Shown: piece by piece, positions 17,534 to 25,459 of the stretch
Layout of the letters: each line of letters opens with the position of its first letter
How positions within the stretch are numbered: position 1 is the stretch's first letter
DNA from: an uncultured Bacteroidales bacterium
Lineage (GTDB): Bacteria > Bacteroidota > Bacteroidia > Bacteroidales > Bacteroidaceae
Reading direction: 5' to 3'
NCBI GenBank assembly: GCA_902791675.1
Contig: CADAWW010000005.1
Span: 1-45,073 of the forward strand
DNA length: 45,073 nt
Notes under the pieces: generated by a model
Databases searched by the model: none
Told to the model about the DNA's origin: nothing
The model's input: the letters and a program-made list of their open reading frames with translations, nothing else
Position numbers and translations under genes: made by a program

Positions 17534-19450
17534 TTATGAATTCATACTTACCAGGAATTCTTCGTTTGTCTTTGTGTGCTCTAACCTTGATTTTACTTCA
17601 TTCATGGCTTCTATGGCATTCATGTCACTCAGGAACTTGCGAAGAATCCACATTCTGTCGAGGGTCATCTTATCCTGGAGCAAGTCATCTCTACGAGTAC
17701 TGCTTGCAACAATGTTAACAGCAGGGAAGATACGCTTGTTGCTGAGCATGCGGTCGAGCTGCAGCTCCATGTTACCTGTTCCCTTAAACTCCTCGAAGAT
17801 TACCTCATCCATCTTACTTCCTGTATCGGTAAGAGCTGTAGCAATAATGGTAAGGCTTCCTCCATGTTCAATGTTACGGGCTGCACCGAAGAAACGCTTA
17901 GGCTTGTGTAAGGCATTGGCATCTACACCGCCACTTAGAACCTTTCCGCTTGCAGGTGAAACTGTGTTGTATGCTCTGGCTAAACGGGTAATAGAGTCAA
18001 GGAAGATAACTACATCGTGTCCGCACTCAACCATTCTTTTGGCCTTCTCTAATACTATTCCGGCAATCTTCACGTGGCGTTCCGCTGGCTCATCAAAGGT
18101 ACTTGCAATGACTTCAGCCTTAACGGTGCGAGCCATATCAGTAACCTCCTCGGGTCGTTCGTCAATAAGGAGCATAATCAAGTATGCCTCTGGATGATTG
18201 GCAGCAATAGCATTGGCAATGTCTTTCATTAGAATTGTCTTGCCTGTTTTAGGTTGGGCTACAATCAGGGCACGCTGTCCTTTTCCGATAGGGGCAAAGA
18301 GGTCTACAACACGAGCGGACATGGTGTCATTCACGCCATTGCAAAGCTGGAACTTTTCTTCTGGGAAGAGGGGGGTGAGGTTCTCAAATGGACTACGGTC
18401 CCTAACCTCTTCAGGATTACATCCGTTAATGGTATTGACCCTTATTAAAGGGAAATATTTCTCGTTTTCTCGAGGAGGCCTAACTGGTCCTTCAATCACA
18501 TCACCTGTCTTCAATCCATACTGACGTATAATCTGTGAACTAACATAAATGTCGTCAGGACTACTCAGGTAGTTATAGTCGCTGCTACGTAGGAAGCCAA
18601 AGCCTTCGTTCATTACTTCTAATACTCCTTCGCCGCGAATATTTTCTCCGAAGTCAAATTTTTCTTCTTCTTCTTTCTGGTTGACGGGCTTGTCGAGTTC
18701 TGGCAAATCATCAATAATACGCGTCCCAACATCAGGACGAGTGGAGGGGGTGGTGGTTATAGTAACCATCTCAACCTGATCCTCTAATTTGGGAATGTCC
18801 TGTAAAATAATGAAATCTTCTCCGTTTTTGAAGAATTGCTGTATTGTGTCATCTGTAATTTCTTGGTTTTCAGATTCTTCTTCAGATTTGGTCAGCTCTT
18901 CTTCTGGGTTTATTAATGATTCCCTGACATTTTTCTGGAAAACAGTTTCTTCTTGCAAATTGGTATTTTGAATTTTTGCCTCGGCCTTTACTTCACCGAT
19001 CCTTTTCCTTTTCTTTTTTATAGGAGCTTCTTCTGCTGGGGCGGATATGTTTTCTTCTTTGTTTGTTGAAGAATCTGGCGTTTTAGAAACATTTTCCTCA
19101 GTCTTTTCAACTTCCTTTTTTGTAGTTTTCTTTCTAGTGGCCTTTTTTTCACTGCTAGACGCCTTTTCTTTTTCAGCCTTCTTAGCAGATGGCTTTTCCG
19201 CTTTTTCAGTCTTCTTGGCAGATGGCTTTTCCGCTTTTTCAGTCTTCTTGGCAGATGGCTTTTCCGCTTTTTCGGCCTTCTTGGTTGTACGCTTTTTCTT
19301 CTCTGGTGTGTCAATAGGCTGTACAGACTCTGCATCTATGATGTTGTAGATTAGTTCTGTTTGGTCGCTAATAACCTTCACGCCCAAGGATTTGGCAAGT
19401 GCTGCCAATTCTTCAGAACTCATACTTTCTAGTTCGTTCTTTTTATGCAT
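17534..19450 (-). CDS. rho: Transcription termination factor Rho with a large Lys/Glu-rich N-terminal insertion
   Basis: The C-terminal ~400 aa are canonical Rho ([21 protein letters not shown], Walker [16 protein letters not shown], ...[20 protein letters not shown]). A ~230-aa low-complexity insertion follows the N-terminal helix bundle. I trimmed the start to the ATG at 19450 (MHKKNELES...); 19423 is also possible. Confidence 0.93.
   Translation of the reverse strand: MHKKNELESMSSEELAALAKSLGVKVISDQTELIYNIIDAESVQPIDTPEKKKRTTKKAEKAEKPSAKKTEKAEKPSAKKTEKAEKPSAKKAEKEKASSSEKKATRKKTTKKEVEKTEENVSKTPDSSTNKEENISAPAEEAPIKKKRKRIGEVKAEAKIQNTNLQEETVFQKNVRESLINPEEELTKSEEESENQEITDDTIQQFFKNGEDFIILQDIPKLEDQVEMVTITTTPSTRPDVGTRIIDDLPELDKPVNQKEEEEKFDFGENIRGEGVLEVMNEGFGFLRSSDYNYLSSPDDIYVSSQIIRQYGLKTGDVIEGPVRPPRENEKYFPLIRVNTINGCNPEEVRDRSPFENLTPLFPEEKFQLCNGVNDTMSARVVDLFAPIGKGQRALIVAQPKTGKTILMKDIANAIAANHPEAYLIMLLIDERPEEVTDMARTVKAEVIASTFDEPAERHVKIAGIVLEKAKRMVECGHDVVIFLDSITRLARAYNTVSPASGKVLSGGVDANALHKPKRFFGAARNIEHGGSLTIIATALTDTGSKMDEVIFEEFKGTGNMELQLDRMLSNKRIFPAVNIVASSTRRDDLLQDKMTLDRMWILRKFLSDMNAIEAMNEVKSRLEHTKTNEEFLVSMNS
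19185..19283. repeat. Three tandem copies of a 33-bp unit inside the rho coding sequence (11-aa unit [11 protein letters not shown])
   Basis: Copies 19185-19217 and 19218-19250 are identical (gcagatggcttttccgctttttcagtcttcttg). Copy 19251-19283 has 2 mismatches, and a degenerate copy precedes at 19152-19184. Confidence 0.9.
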
Positions 19451-19536
19451 AGTTTTTATGCTTTGTAATAATAATAAATAAGGTGTTGGATAATTAAGAT
19501 AACTGCTCAATGTGAGCTGTGTTTCAAAAATCAGTG

Positions 19537-19544
19537 CAAAGTTA
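19537..19544 (-). promoter_or_regulatory. -7 box (TAACTTTG on the minus strand) for rho, implying a leader of about 80 nt
   Basis: TAnnTTTG match 86 nt upstream of the ATG at 19450. Confidence 0.45.
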
Positions 19545-19609
19545 AGTCAAATCCTTTAATCTACCAAACTTTCCTTGTGAAATTATTTCAATAATCCGTC
19601 GTTTTTACA

Positions 19610-19617
19610 TACTTTTG
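19610..19617 (+). promoter_or_regulatory. -7 box (TACTTTTG) for the ABC-F gene
   Basis: TAnnTTTG match 13 nt upstream of the ATG at 19631. Confidence 0.55.
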
Positions 19618-19630
19618 CAGAAAATTTAAT

Positions 19631-21529
19631 ATGGTATCATATTTACAGGTTCAGAATCTCGCACGCAGAGTAGGTGACCGTACACTGTTCCAAGATTTGT
19701 CTTTTAGTATTGGTGAGAGGCAAAAGGTAGGTCTTATTGCACAAAACGGAACTGGCAAAAGCACTTTGCTTAACATATTGGCAGGTAAAGATTCGGCAGA
19801 TGAAGGTAATGTGGTATTTCATAATGACCTTCGTGTTGGATACCTTGAACAGTCACCGAACTATCCCTTGGACATGACTGTGCTAGAAGCATGTTTCTGG
19901 CATGGCAACGAAACCACCAATCTTATCCGCGAGTATGAGCATTGTATGGCTACACCAGGGAATCCTGGGCTTCAGGATATCTTGGACAGGATGGATCATC
20001 AGAAGGCATGGGATTATGAGAACCGTAGTAAGACGATTCTCTCGAAGCTTTCCATTACAGAGTTTCATAAACCCCTTCGTCAACTCTCCGGTGGCCAGTT
20101 AAAGCGTGTTGCTTTGGCCAACGTGCTCATTATGGAACCTGACTTTCTGATTTTGGATGAGCCTACCAACCACCTTGATATTCAGATGATAGAATGGTTG
20201 GAAGGTTATCTGAAAAGGAGTAACATAACGCTTCTGATGGTTACACACGACAGGTACTTTCTGGATAATATCTGCTCTTTGATTCTGGAACTCGACGATG
20301 AGACCATTTATACCTATCGAGGTAATTATAGTTATTATTTAGAGAAACGTCAAGAGCGTATAGATGTGGCTCGTTCGGAAATTACACGTGCGAATAATCT
20401 ATATAGAACCGAACTCGACTGGATGCGACGTCAGCCGCAGGCGCGTGGACATAAGGCCCGTTATCGTGAGGAGGCATTCTATGAATTGGAGAAAGTTGCC
20501 CGAAGGCGTATTGAGGAGCAACAGGTTCGCCTTGAGATGAAGAGTACATATATAGGCAGTAAGATTTTTGAGGCTGAATATGTAAGCAAAAAGTTCCCTT
20601 TGAAGGATTCTGTATTGAAAGCTACAGAGAAGATAATCCTGAAGGATTTCTATTATAATTTCTCTCGTTATGAGAAGATGGGAATTGTAGGTGGCAACGG
20701 TACCGGCAAGACTACCTTCATCAAGATGCTTCTGGGTGAGGTGAAACCGGATTCGGGAAGGTTTGTCATCGGTGAAACAGTTAAGTTCGGCTACTACAGT
20801 CAGGAGGGCATGCAGTTTGATGAACAGATGAAGGTTATTGATGCTGTACGCAAGATAGCTGATTATGTAGATTTGGGCGGAGGACGTCATCTTTCAGCTA
20901 TGCAATTCCTGCAACATTTTATGTTTACGCCTCTTCAGCAGCAAAACTACATCTATAAACTTTCCGGTGGAGAGAAACGCCGGCTACATCTTTGCACCGT
21001 CCTCATGCAAAGTCCCAATTTCCTGGTGTTGGATGAGCCGACCAACGATTTGGATATAATAACCCTTCAGATTCTGGAACAATACCTACAGGACTTTCAC
21101 GGTTGTGTTATTGTCGTCAGTCACGACCGATATTTTATGGACAAGGTTGTGGATCATCTTCTTGTTTTTAATGGTGACGGTGATATCAAGGATTTCCCCG
21201 GTAACTACTCCCAGTATCGTGAGTGGGAAAAGCTGGAGGAACGTAAGCCTGAGCCTGTTTCCAAAACATCATCCACCCCTGATGAAGCAAAAGTTAAGCC
21301 GCGCACAGATCAGAAACGTAAACTCACCTTCAAGGAAAAGCAGGAATTCGCACAGTTGGAACAGGACATAGAACGTTTGGAGGCAGAAAAGGCTCAGATA
21401 GAGTCTGCTCTCAGCAGTGGCACCATCAGTGTTGAACAGATTACAGAGATGAGCAAACGCCTTCCTCGCCTCACAGAGGAACTGGATGAGAAATCCATGC
21501 GATGGCTGGAACTTAGCGAATGGACGTAA
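19631..21529 (+). CDS. ABC-F family ATPase (Uup/YheS-like, no membrane domain)
   Basis: Two ABC cassettes (GLIAQNGTGKST with LSGGQLKRVALA/LILDEPTNHLD, and GIVGGNGTGKTT with LSGGEKRRLHL/LVLDEPTNDLD). They are joined by a linker and followed by a C-terminal coiled coil. Confidence 0.88.
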   Translation: MVSYLQVQNLARRVGDRTLFQDLSFSIGERQKVGLIAQNGTGKSTLLNILAGKDSADEGNVVFHNDLRVGYLEQSPNYPLDMTVLEACFWHGNETTNLIREYEHCMATPGNPGLQDILDRMDHQKAWDYENRSKTILSKLSITEFHKPLRQLSGGQLKRVALANVLIMEPDFLILDEPTNHLDIQMIEWLEGYLKRSNITLLMVTHDRYFLDNICSLILELDDETIYTYRGNYSYYLEKRQERIDVARSEITRANNLYRTELDWMRRQPQARGHKARYREEAFYELEKVARRRIEEQQVRLEMKSTYIGSKIFEAEYVSKKFPLKDSVLKATEKIILKDFYYNFSRYEKMGIVGGNGTGKTTFIKMLLGEVKPDSGRFVIGETVKFGYYSQEGMQFDEQMKVIDAVRKIADYVDLGGGRHLSAMQFLQHFMFTPLQQQNYIYKLSGGEKRRLHLCTVLMQSPNFLVLDEPTNDLDIITLQILEQYLQDFHGCVIVVSHDRYFMDKVVDHLLVFNGDGDIKDFPGNYSQYREWEKLEERKPEPVSKTSSTPDEAKVKPRTDQKRKLTFKEKQEFAQLEQDIERLEAEKAQIESALSSGTISVEQITEMSKRLPRLTEELDEKSMRWLELSEWT

Positions 21530-21564
21530 TTGGGGTGGGACAACTAAAACCGAATGAATATAAC

Positions 21565-22440
21565 TTACTCCATAATCTTGCAGAAGAATCCCAACTTATA
21601 TAATTTGAATAGGAATAAAGATGGGTTCTTGCCATACAGGTTCTGCTTTAATTGACGACTACTTAATTTAAAGAGCCAAACAACAATCCCCTGAAGATGA
21701 CATTTCTTGATAAACAGAGCGAGAGCAGAAATTGTGAATCTTCGTTGTATTTTTTCATCCAGTCGTGAGAGAGTAAAAAGCGAAGTCTTTATCTTGCGCA
21801 GATAGGCAGGAGTGGGTTCCAATCCTGTATGGATGAGTTTGTTGTCTATGTGTAAAACGGGAATTTTACGGTCTTTTAAAGCCAAGCCAAATAACGAATC
21901 CTCATGCCCATAATCACAAATTTCATTACAAAAACGTATTTGTAGAAAGAGTTCTCGTAATATCATGAAATTAAAGGTGGAAAACTGCGCATAAGGTTTC
22001 CTTCTTCTGGCCTTGAGGGTTCGTCTCCTTTCAGCGTGTATCTCGTATTTGTAACGCAAGGCCTTGTCTTCTGATGGACAACTATCATAATTGCCCGTTC
22101 CACCACATATTACCTGTCTACCTTCAGTTTCTTTTAGGTAAGATGCAATAAAATCTTTACTTTGCACTTGAGCATCACTGTCTATGAAAAGTATCCATTC
22201 GCCTTGCGCCATTTCGGCAAGCAGGTTGCGTATTTTTGCGCGTCCCAAGTTCATTTTAGCCTGCCAATACCTGCATTGCGGAAGTTGTGATATAACGTTA
22301 TTCTGTTCGCGGATAGTTGCAACAGTACTGCCGTCATCTGCCACTATGATTTCTGCATCTTGCGGAAGCTGTTCCAAGAGATCATGCACTAATTGAGTGC
22401 AGTCCTGGTTGTAAGTTGGAATTAGAATAGATAGTTTCAT
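21565..22440 (-). CDS. Family 2 glycosyltransferase
   Basis: MKLSILIPTYNQDC...IVADDGSTV...FIDSDA are typical GT2 motifs. I trimmed the start from 22530 to the ATG at 22440, because the extension crosses the promoter and heptamer repeat region. Confidence 0.8.
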   Translation of the reverse strand: MKLSILIPTYNQDCTQLVHDLLEQLPQDAEIIVADDGSTVATIREQNNVISQLPQCRYWQAKMNLGRAKIRNLLAEMAQGEWILFIDSDAQVQSKDFIASYLKETEGRQVICGGTGNYDSCPSEDKALRYKYEIHAERRRTLKARRRKPYAQFSTFNFMILRELFLQIRFCNEICDYGHEDSLFGLALKDRKIPVLHIDNKLIHTGLEPTPAYLRKIKTSLFTLSRLDEKIQRRFTISALALFIKKCHLQGIVVWLFKLSSRQLKQNLYGKNPSLFLFKLYKLGFFCKIME

Positions 22441-22444
22441 GTGG

Positions 22445-22452
22445 CAAAGATA
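22445..22452 (-). promoter_or_regulatory. -7 box (TATCTTTG on the minus strand) only 4 nt from the GT2 ATG
   Basis: The minus strand reads TATCTTTG-ccac-ATG, which suggests a leaderless or near-leaderless mRNA. Confidence 0.5.
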
Positions 22453-22460
22453 CAAATAAA

Positions 22461-22488
22461 AGTGAAAAGTGAAAAGTGAAAAGTGAAA
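22461..22488. repeat. Four tandem AGTGAAA heptamers in the GT2/rarA divergent promoter region
   Basis: agtgaaa occurs 4 times exactly (22461-22488), followed by degenerate units aataaaa and gcgaaaa up to 22502. Confidence 0.9.
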
Positions 22489-22513
22489 AATAAAAGCGAA
22501 AAATGAATTTAAA

Positions 22514-22545
22514 TTTTGCATTTCGCTCACTTATTTGTACTTTTG
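22514..22545 (+). promoter_or_regulatory. 32-bp promoter cassette (TTTG -33 element ... TACTTTTG -7 box) for rarA
   Basis: ttttgcatttcgctcacttatttgtacttttg lies 8 nt upstream of the ATG at 22554. It shares 26/32 identity, including the spacer, with the cassette at 25424-25455. Confidence 0.6.
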
Positions 22546-22553
22546 CAGTCGTT

Positions 22554-23828
22554 ATGCCACCATTAGCAGAAAGAATGCGCCCCCTTTCGCTCGACGATTA
22601 TGTTGGGCAACAACATCTGGTAGGTCCAGATGCTGTTTTGCGTCGTATGATAGAGAGTGGCAGGTTGAGCAGTTTTATCCTTTGGGGTCCTCCAGGAGTG
22701 GGCAAGACAACCTTGGCTACTATCATAGCACATCAATTACAGACACCTTTTTACACGCTCAGCGCCGTAACCAGTGGAGTAAAAGATGTGCGCGATGTAA
22801 TTGATAAGGCTAAAGGTAACCGATTCTTTAATACGGCAACTCCCATTCTTTTTATTGATGAAATCCATAGATTCAGCAAGTCTCAGCAGGATTCCTTGTT
22901 GGGAGCTGTAGAACAGGGTGTGGTAACGCTGATAGGTGCTACCACAGAGAATCCTTCGTTCGAGGTGATAAGACCTTTGCTGAGCCGTTGTCAAGTTTAT
23001 ACATTAAAGCCTCTTGAGCAAGAAGACTTGATGGCTTTGGTCAAGCGGGTCACAGAAAAGGATGCAATCCTGAAGCAAAAACCTTTCGAGTTGCAGGAAA
23101 CATCTGCCCTCATGCGATATAGCGGTGGAGATGCTCGCAAGTTGCTGAATATTCTGGAGCTGCTTTATGAAGGAGCAGAGAAGGATGATAAAGTCTTGGT
23201 TACCGATCAGATTGTTTCAGAACGTCTGCAGCAAAATCCTTTGGCCTATGATAAGGACGGCGAGATGCATTATGATATCATCTCAGCTTTCATAAAGAGT
23301 ATCAGGGGAAGTGACCCTGATGCAGCCATCTATTGGTTAGCTCGGATGATAGAGGGTGGAGAGGATCCTGCCTTTATTGCACGTCGCCTGGTCATTAGTG
23401 CCAGCGAGGATATAGGACTTGCTAATCCCAATGCCCTTCTTCTTGCCAATGCTGCTTTTGATGCTGTAATGAAGATTGGATGGCCAGAAGGACGTATCCC
23501 TTTGGCCGAGGCAACCATTTATCTGGCTACCAGCCCCAAGAGCAATTCGGCCTATATGGCTATCAATGATGCTTTGCAGAAGGTGGAGCAGACGGGTAAC
23601 CAACCCGTTCCTTTGCATTTGCGTAATGCTCCTACCAAATTGATGCAACAGTTGGGCTATAACGATGGTTATAAATATGCTCACGATTACGAGGGCCATT
23701 TTGTAGAACAGCAATTTTTGCCAGATGACTTACAAGACATGCGCCTATGGCATGCCCAGCAGAATCCATCCGAAGATAGGCTGTTACAGCGTATGATTCA
23801 GTGCTGGGGGGATAGGTATAAGAGTTGA
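22554..23828 (+). CDS. rarA: Replication-associated recombination protein A (AAA+ ATPase RarA/MgsA)
   Basis: MPPLAERMRPLSLDDYVGQQHL, Walker A GPPGVGKTT, Walker B ILFIDEIHRF, and the MgsA C-terminal domain (HYDIISAFIKSIRGSDPDAAIYWLARM). I moved the start to 22554, because the track's 22503 start crosses the promoter cassette. Confidence 0.9.
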   Translation: MPPLAERMRPLSLDDYVGQQHLVGPDAVLRRMIESGRLSSFILWGPPGVGKTTLATIIAHQLQTPFYTLSAVTSGVKDVRDVIDKAKGNRFFNTATPILFIDEIHRFSKSQQDSLLGAVEQGVVTLIGATTENPSFEVIRPLLSRCQVYTLKPLEQEDLMALVKRVTEKDAILKQKPFELQETSALMRYSGGDARKLLNILELLYEGAEKDDKVLVTDQIVSERLQQNPLAYDKDGEMHYDIISAFIKSIRGSDPDAAIYWLARMIEGGEDPAFIARRLVISASEDIGLANPNALLLANAAFDAVMKIGWPEGRIPLAEATIYLATSPKSNSAYMAINDALQKVEQTGNQPVPLHLRNAPTKLMQQLGYNDGYKYAHDYEGHFVEQQFLPDDLQDMRLWHAQQNPSEDRLLQRMIQCWGDRYKS

Positions 23829-23876
23829 TAGTCAGCCTCATCCCTAACCTCTCCCCCGTGAGGGAGGGGGACCGAC

Positions 23877-23910
23877 AAATGGTTAAATGGTAAATGGTTA
23901 AATAGTAAAT
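23877..23910. repeat. Tandem 7/8-bp AAATGGT(T) repeats upstream of purT
   Basis: The units are aaatggtt, aaatggt, aaatggtt, aaatagt and aaat. They lie immediately after a GC-rich hairpin at 23848-23869 (cctctccc ccgtga gggagggg). Confidence 0.8.
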
Positions 23911-23923
23911 TAATTAATAGATT

Positions 23924-25090
23924 ATGGTAAAGAAAATACTTCTATTGGGTTCCGGTGAATTGGGAAAGGAATTTGTGATCGCATGCAAGCGTAAAGGACA
24001 ATACGTAGTGGCTTGTGACAAGTATGACAATGCACCCGCTATGCAAGTTGCAGATGAACGTAGGGTGTTCAGTATGCTGGATGGTGATGCTCTCCAGAAT
24101 GTAGTGGAAGAAGTTAAACCGGACATTATTGTTCCAGAGATTGAGGCAATCCGTACAGAGAAACTCTATGAGTTTGAGAAAGCTGGCATTCATGTAGTTC
24201 CCAGTGCAAGAGCTGTGAACTATACAATGAACCGTAAAGCTATACGCGAGTTAGCTCATACCGAGTTGGGACTGAAGACGGCTAATTATCTGTATGCCAG
24301 CACTTTTGAAGAATTAAAGGAGGCCGCAAATAAGATAGGCTTCCCCTGTATCATTAAGCCCCTGATGAGTAGTAGCGGTCATGGGCAGAGCAAGGTTGAT
24401 GATGCAAGCGAATTGGAAAAGGCTTGGGAAAATGCCTGCGGTGGCAGTCGTGGTGATATTATGGAGGTGATAGTGGAGCAGTTTATTCCTTTCGACTATG
24501 AGATAACCCTCCTGACAGTGACCCAGAAGAATGGTCCTACACTTTTCTGTGCTCCTGTTGGTCATGTACAGAAAGGTGGTGATTATCGCGAGAGTTTCCA
24601 GCCTCGTGCCATGAAGCCAGAACATTTAAAGGCTGCACAGCAGATGGCTGATAAGGTAACTGCAGCCCTGACGGGAGCCGGTATCTGGGGCGTTGAGTTC
24701 TTCGTGAGTGAAAAGGAAGGTGTTATCTTTAGCGAACTGAGTCCTCGCCCACACGATACTGGAATGGTTACTTTAGCAGGAACTCAGAACTTGAGCGAGT
24801 TCGAGTTGCATTGTCGTGCCGTCTTGGGATTACCCATCCCCGAGATTACTCAGGAACGTCAGGGAGCATCGGCTGTTATCCTCTCGCCAGTTGAGACTAC
24901 AAATCCTCAATACAATGGTATGGAGGACGTTTGTGCAGCACAGCGTACCTATTTGCGTATCTTTGGGAAACCCGAGGCGCATGTGGGGCGTAGAATGGGC
25001 GTTGTTGTATGCTGGGACAGTTTGGAAGCCTCTCAGGATGCTTTGCGTGATAAGTGCAAAGCTTTGGCAGCCAAGGTTACTGTTAGCTAA
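23924..25090 (+). CDS. purT: Formate-dependent phosphoribosylglycinamide formyltransferase (GAR transformylase 2)
   Basis: [25 protein letters not shown]... with an ATP-grasp core ([16 protein letters not shown]; [14 protein letters not shown]; SPRPHDTGM). The 388-aa length is typical of PurT. Confidence 0.9.
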   Translation: MVKKILLLGSGELGKEFVIACKRKGQYVVACDKYDNAPAMQVADERRVFSMLDGDALQNVVEEVKPDIIVPEIEAIRTEKLYEFEKAGIHVVPSARAVNYTMNRKAIRELAHTELGLKTANYLYASTFEELKEAANKIGFPCIIKPLMSSSGHGQSKVDDASELEKAWENACGGSRGDIMEVIVEQFIPFDYEITLLTVTQKNGPTLFCAPVGHVQKGGDYRESFQPRAMKPEHLKAAQQMADKVTAALTGAGIWGVEFFVSEKEGVIFSELSPRPHDTGMVTLAGTQNLSEFELHCRAVLGLPIPEITQERQGASAVILSPVETTNPQYNGMEDVCAAQRTYLRIFGKPEAHVGRRMGVVVCWDSLEASQDALRDKCKALAAKVTVS

Positions 25091-25296
25091 AGCCGAGTAT
25101 TAAAAGTAGATACGATATTCTGCAGTTCCTCATCCGAAAGGGTGGGGAACTTTTCTTTCATTAATTCTTTTAAGACAGTTACAGCTTTAGCTTTCATTTG
25201 TTGCTTACCCATCTTTATACCGCTGGCTATTGGCGTAGAGGGGAGCAGGGCTCTGTTGAAATTTCCGTCGCTCATATATTCTGCTATAATTTCCAT
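25087..25296 (-). CDS. Small hypothetical protein (69 aa, or 62 aa from Met8)
   Basis: The ORF has a strong -7 box directly upstream, and its stop overlaps the purT stop (ctaa). The helical-looking sequence is ...[32 protein letters not shown] recognise no family. Confidence 0.45.
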   Translation of the reverse strand: MEIIAEYMSDGNFNRALLPSTPIASGIKMGKQQMKAKAVTVLKELMKEKFPTLSDEELQNIVSTFNTRL

Positions 25297-25298
25297 TG

Positions 25299-25306
25299 CA
25301 AAGATA
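25299..25306 (-). promoter_or_regulatory. -7 box (TATCTTTG on the minus strand) 2 nt from the small ORF's first ATG
   Basis: The minus strand reads TATCTTTG-ca-ATG. This spacing implies a leaderless mRNA or use of the Met at 25275. Confidence 0.45.
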
Positions 25307-25335
25307 ATACATATTCATGGAAAAGTCCAAATATA

Positions 25336-25367
25336 TTTTGCATTTCTCTCGCTTAATCGTAACATTG
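25336..25367 (+). promoter_or_regulatory. Degenerate upstream copy of the 32-bp promoter cassette
   Basis: ttttgcatttctctcgcttaatcgtaacattg is 29/32 identical to the copy 88 bp downstream. One of the three changes spoils the -7 box (TAACATTG). Confidence 0.5.
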
Positions 25368-25423
25368 AAACTATCGTTTCGAAGTTACTTTCGCTCGGAA
25401 ATGAAAAGAAAAACAAGCTTTTC

Positions 25424-25455
25424 TTTTGCATTTCTCTCGTTTAATTGTAACTTTG
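25424..25455 (+). promoter_or_regulatory. 32-bp promoter cassette (TTTG ... TAACTTTG) for the amidase gene
   Basis: ttttgcatttctctcgtttaattgtaactttg ends 4 nt before the ATG at 25460. Confidence 0.6.
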
Positions 25456-25459
25456 CAGC

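Noticed and set aside
17574-18524. Long antisense ORFs inside rho (207 aa and 108 aa on the plus strand).
   Set aside because: They lie fully within the strongly supported rho coding region. Their Ser/Leu/Arg-rich shadow-frame composition is typical of antisense frames, and they have no promoter box or independent signals.
19018-19349. ORFs of 105 aa (minus strand) and 100 aa (plus strand) with repetitive sequence.
   Set aside because: These are alternative-frame readings of the 33-bp tandem repeats inside the rho insertion. The rho frame is continuous with the conserved Rho domains.
22461-22502. Possible CRISPR or other spaced-repeat array (also checked at 19152-19283 and 23877-23910).
   Set aside because: These are contiguous short tandem repeats (7 bp, 33 bp, 7/8 bp) without spacers, and no cas genes are present in the window.
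23845-23872. C-run/G-run hairpin (cctctccc ccgtga gggagggg) as a REP-like dispersed mobile repeat.
   Set aside because: Only one loosely similar second site exists in the window (29358-29376). That is too little to call a repeat family, so I kept it only as part of the purT-upstream and 395-bp intergenic observations.
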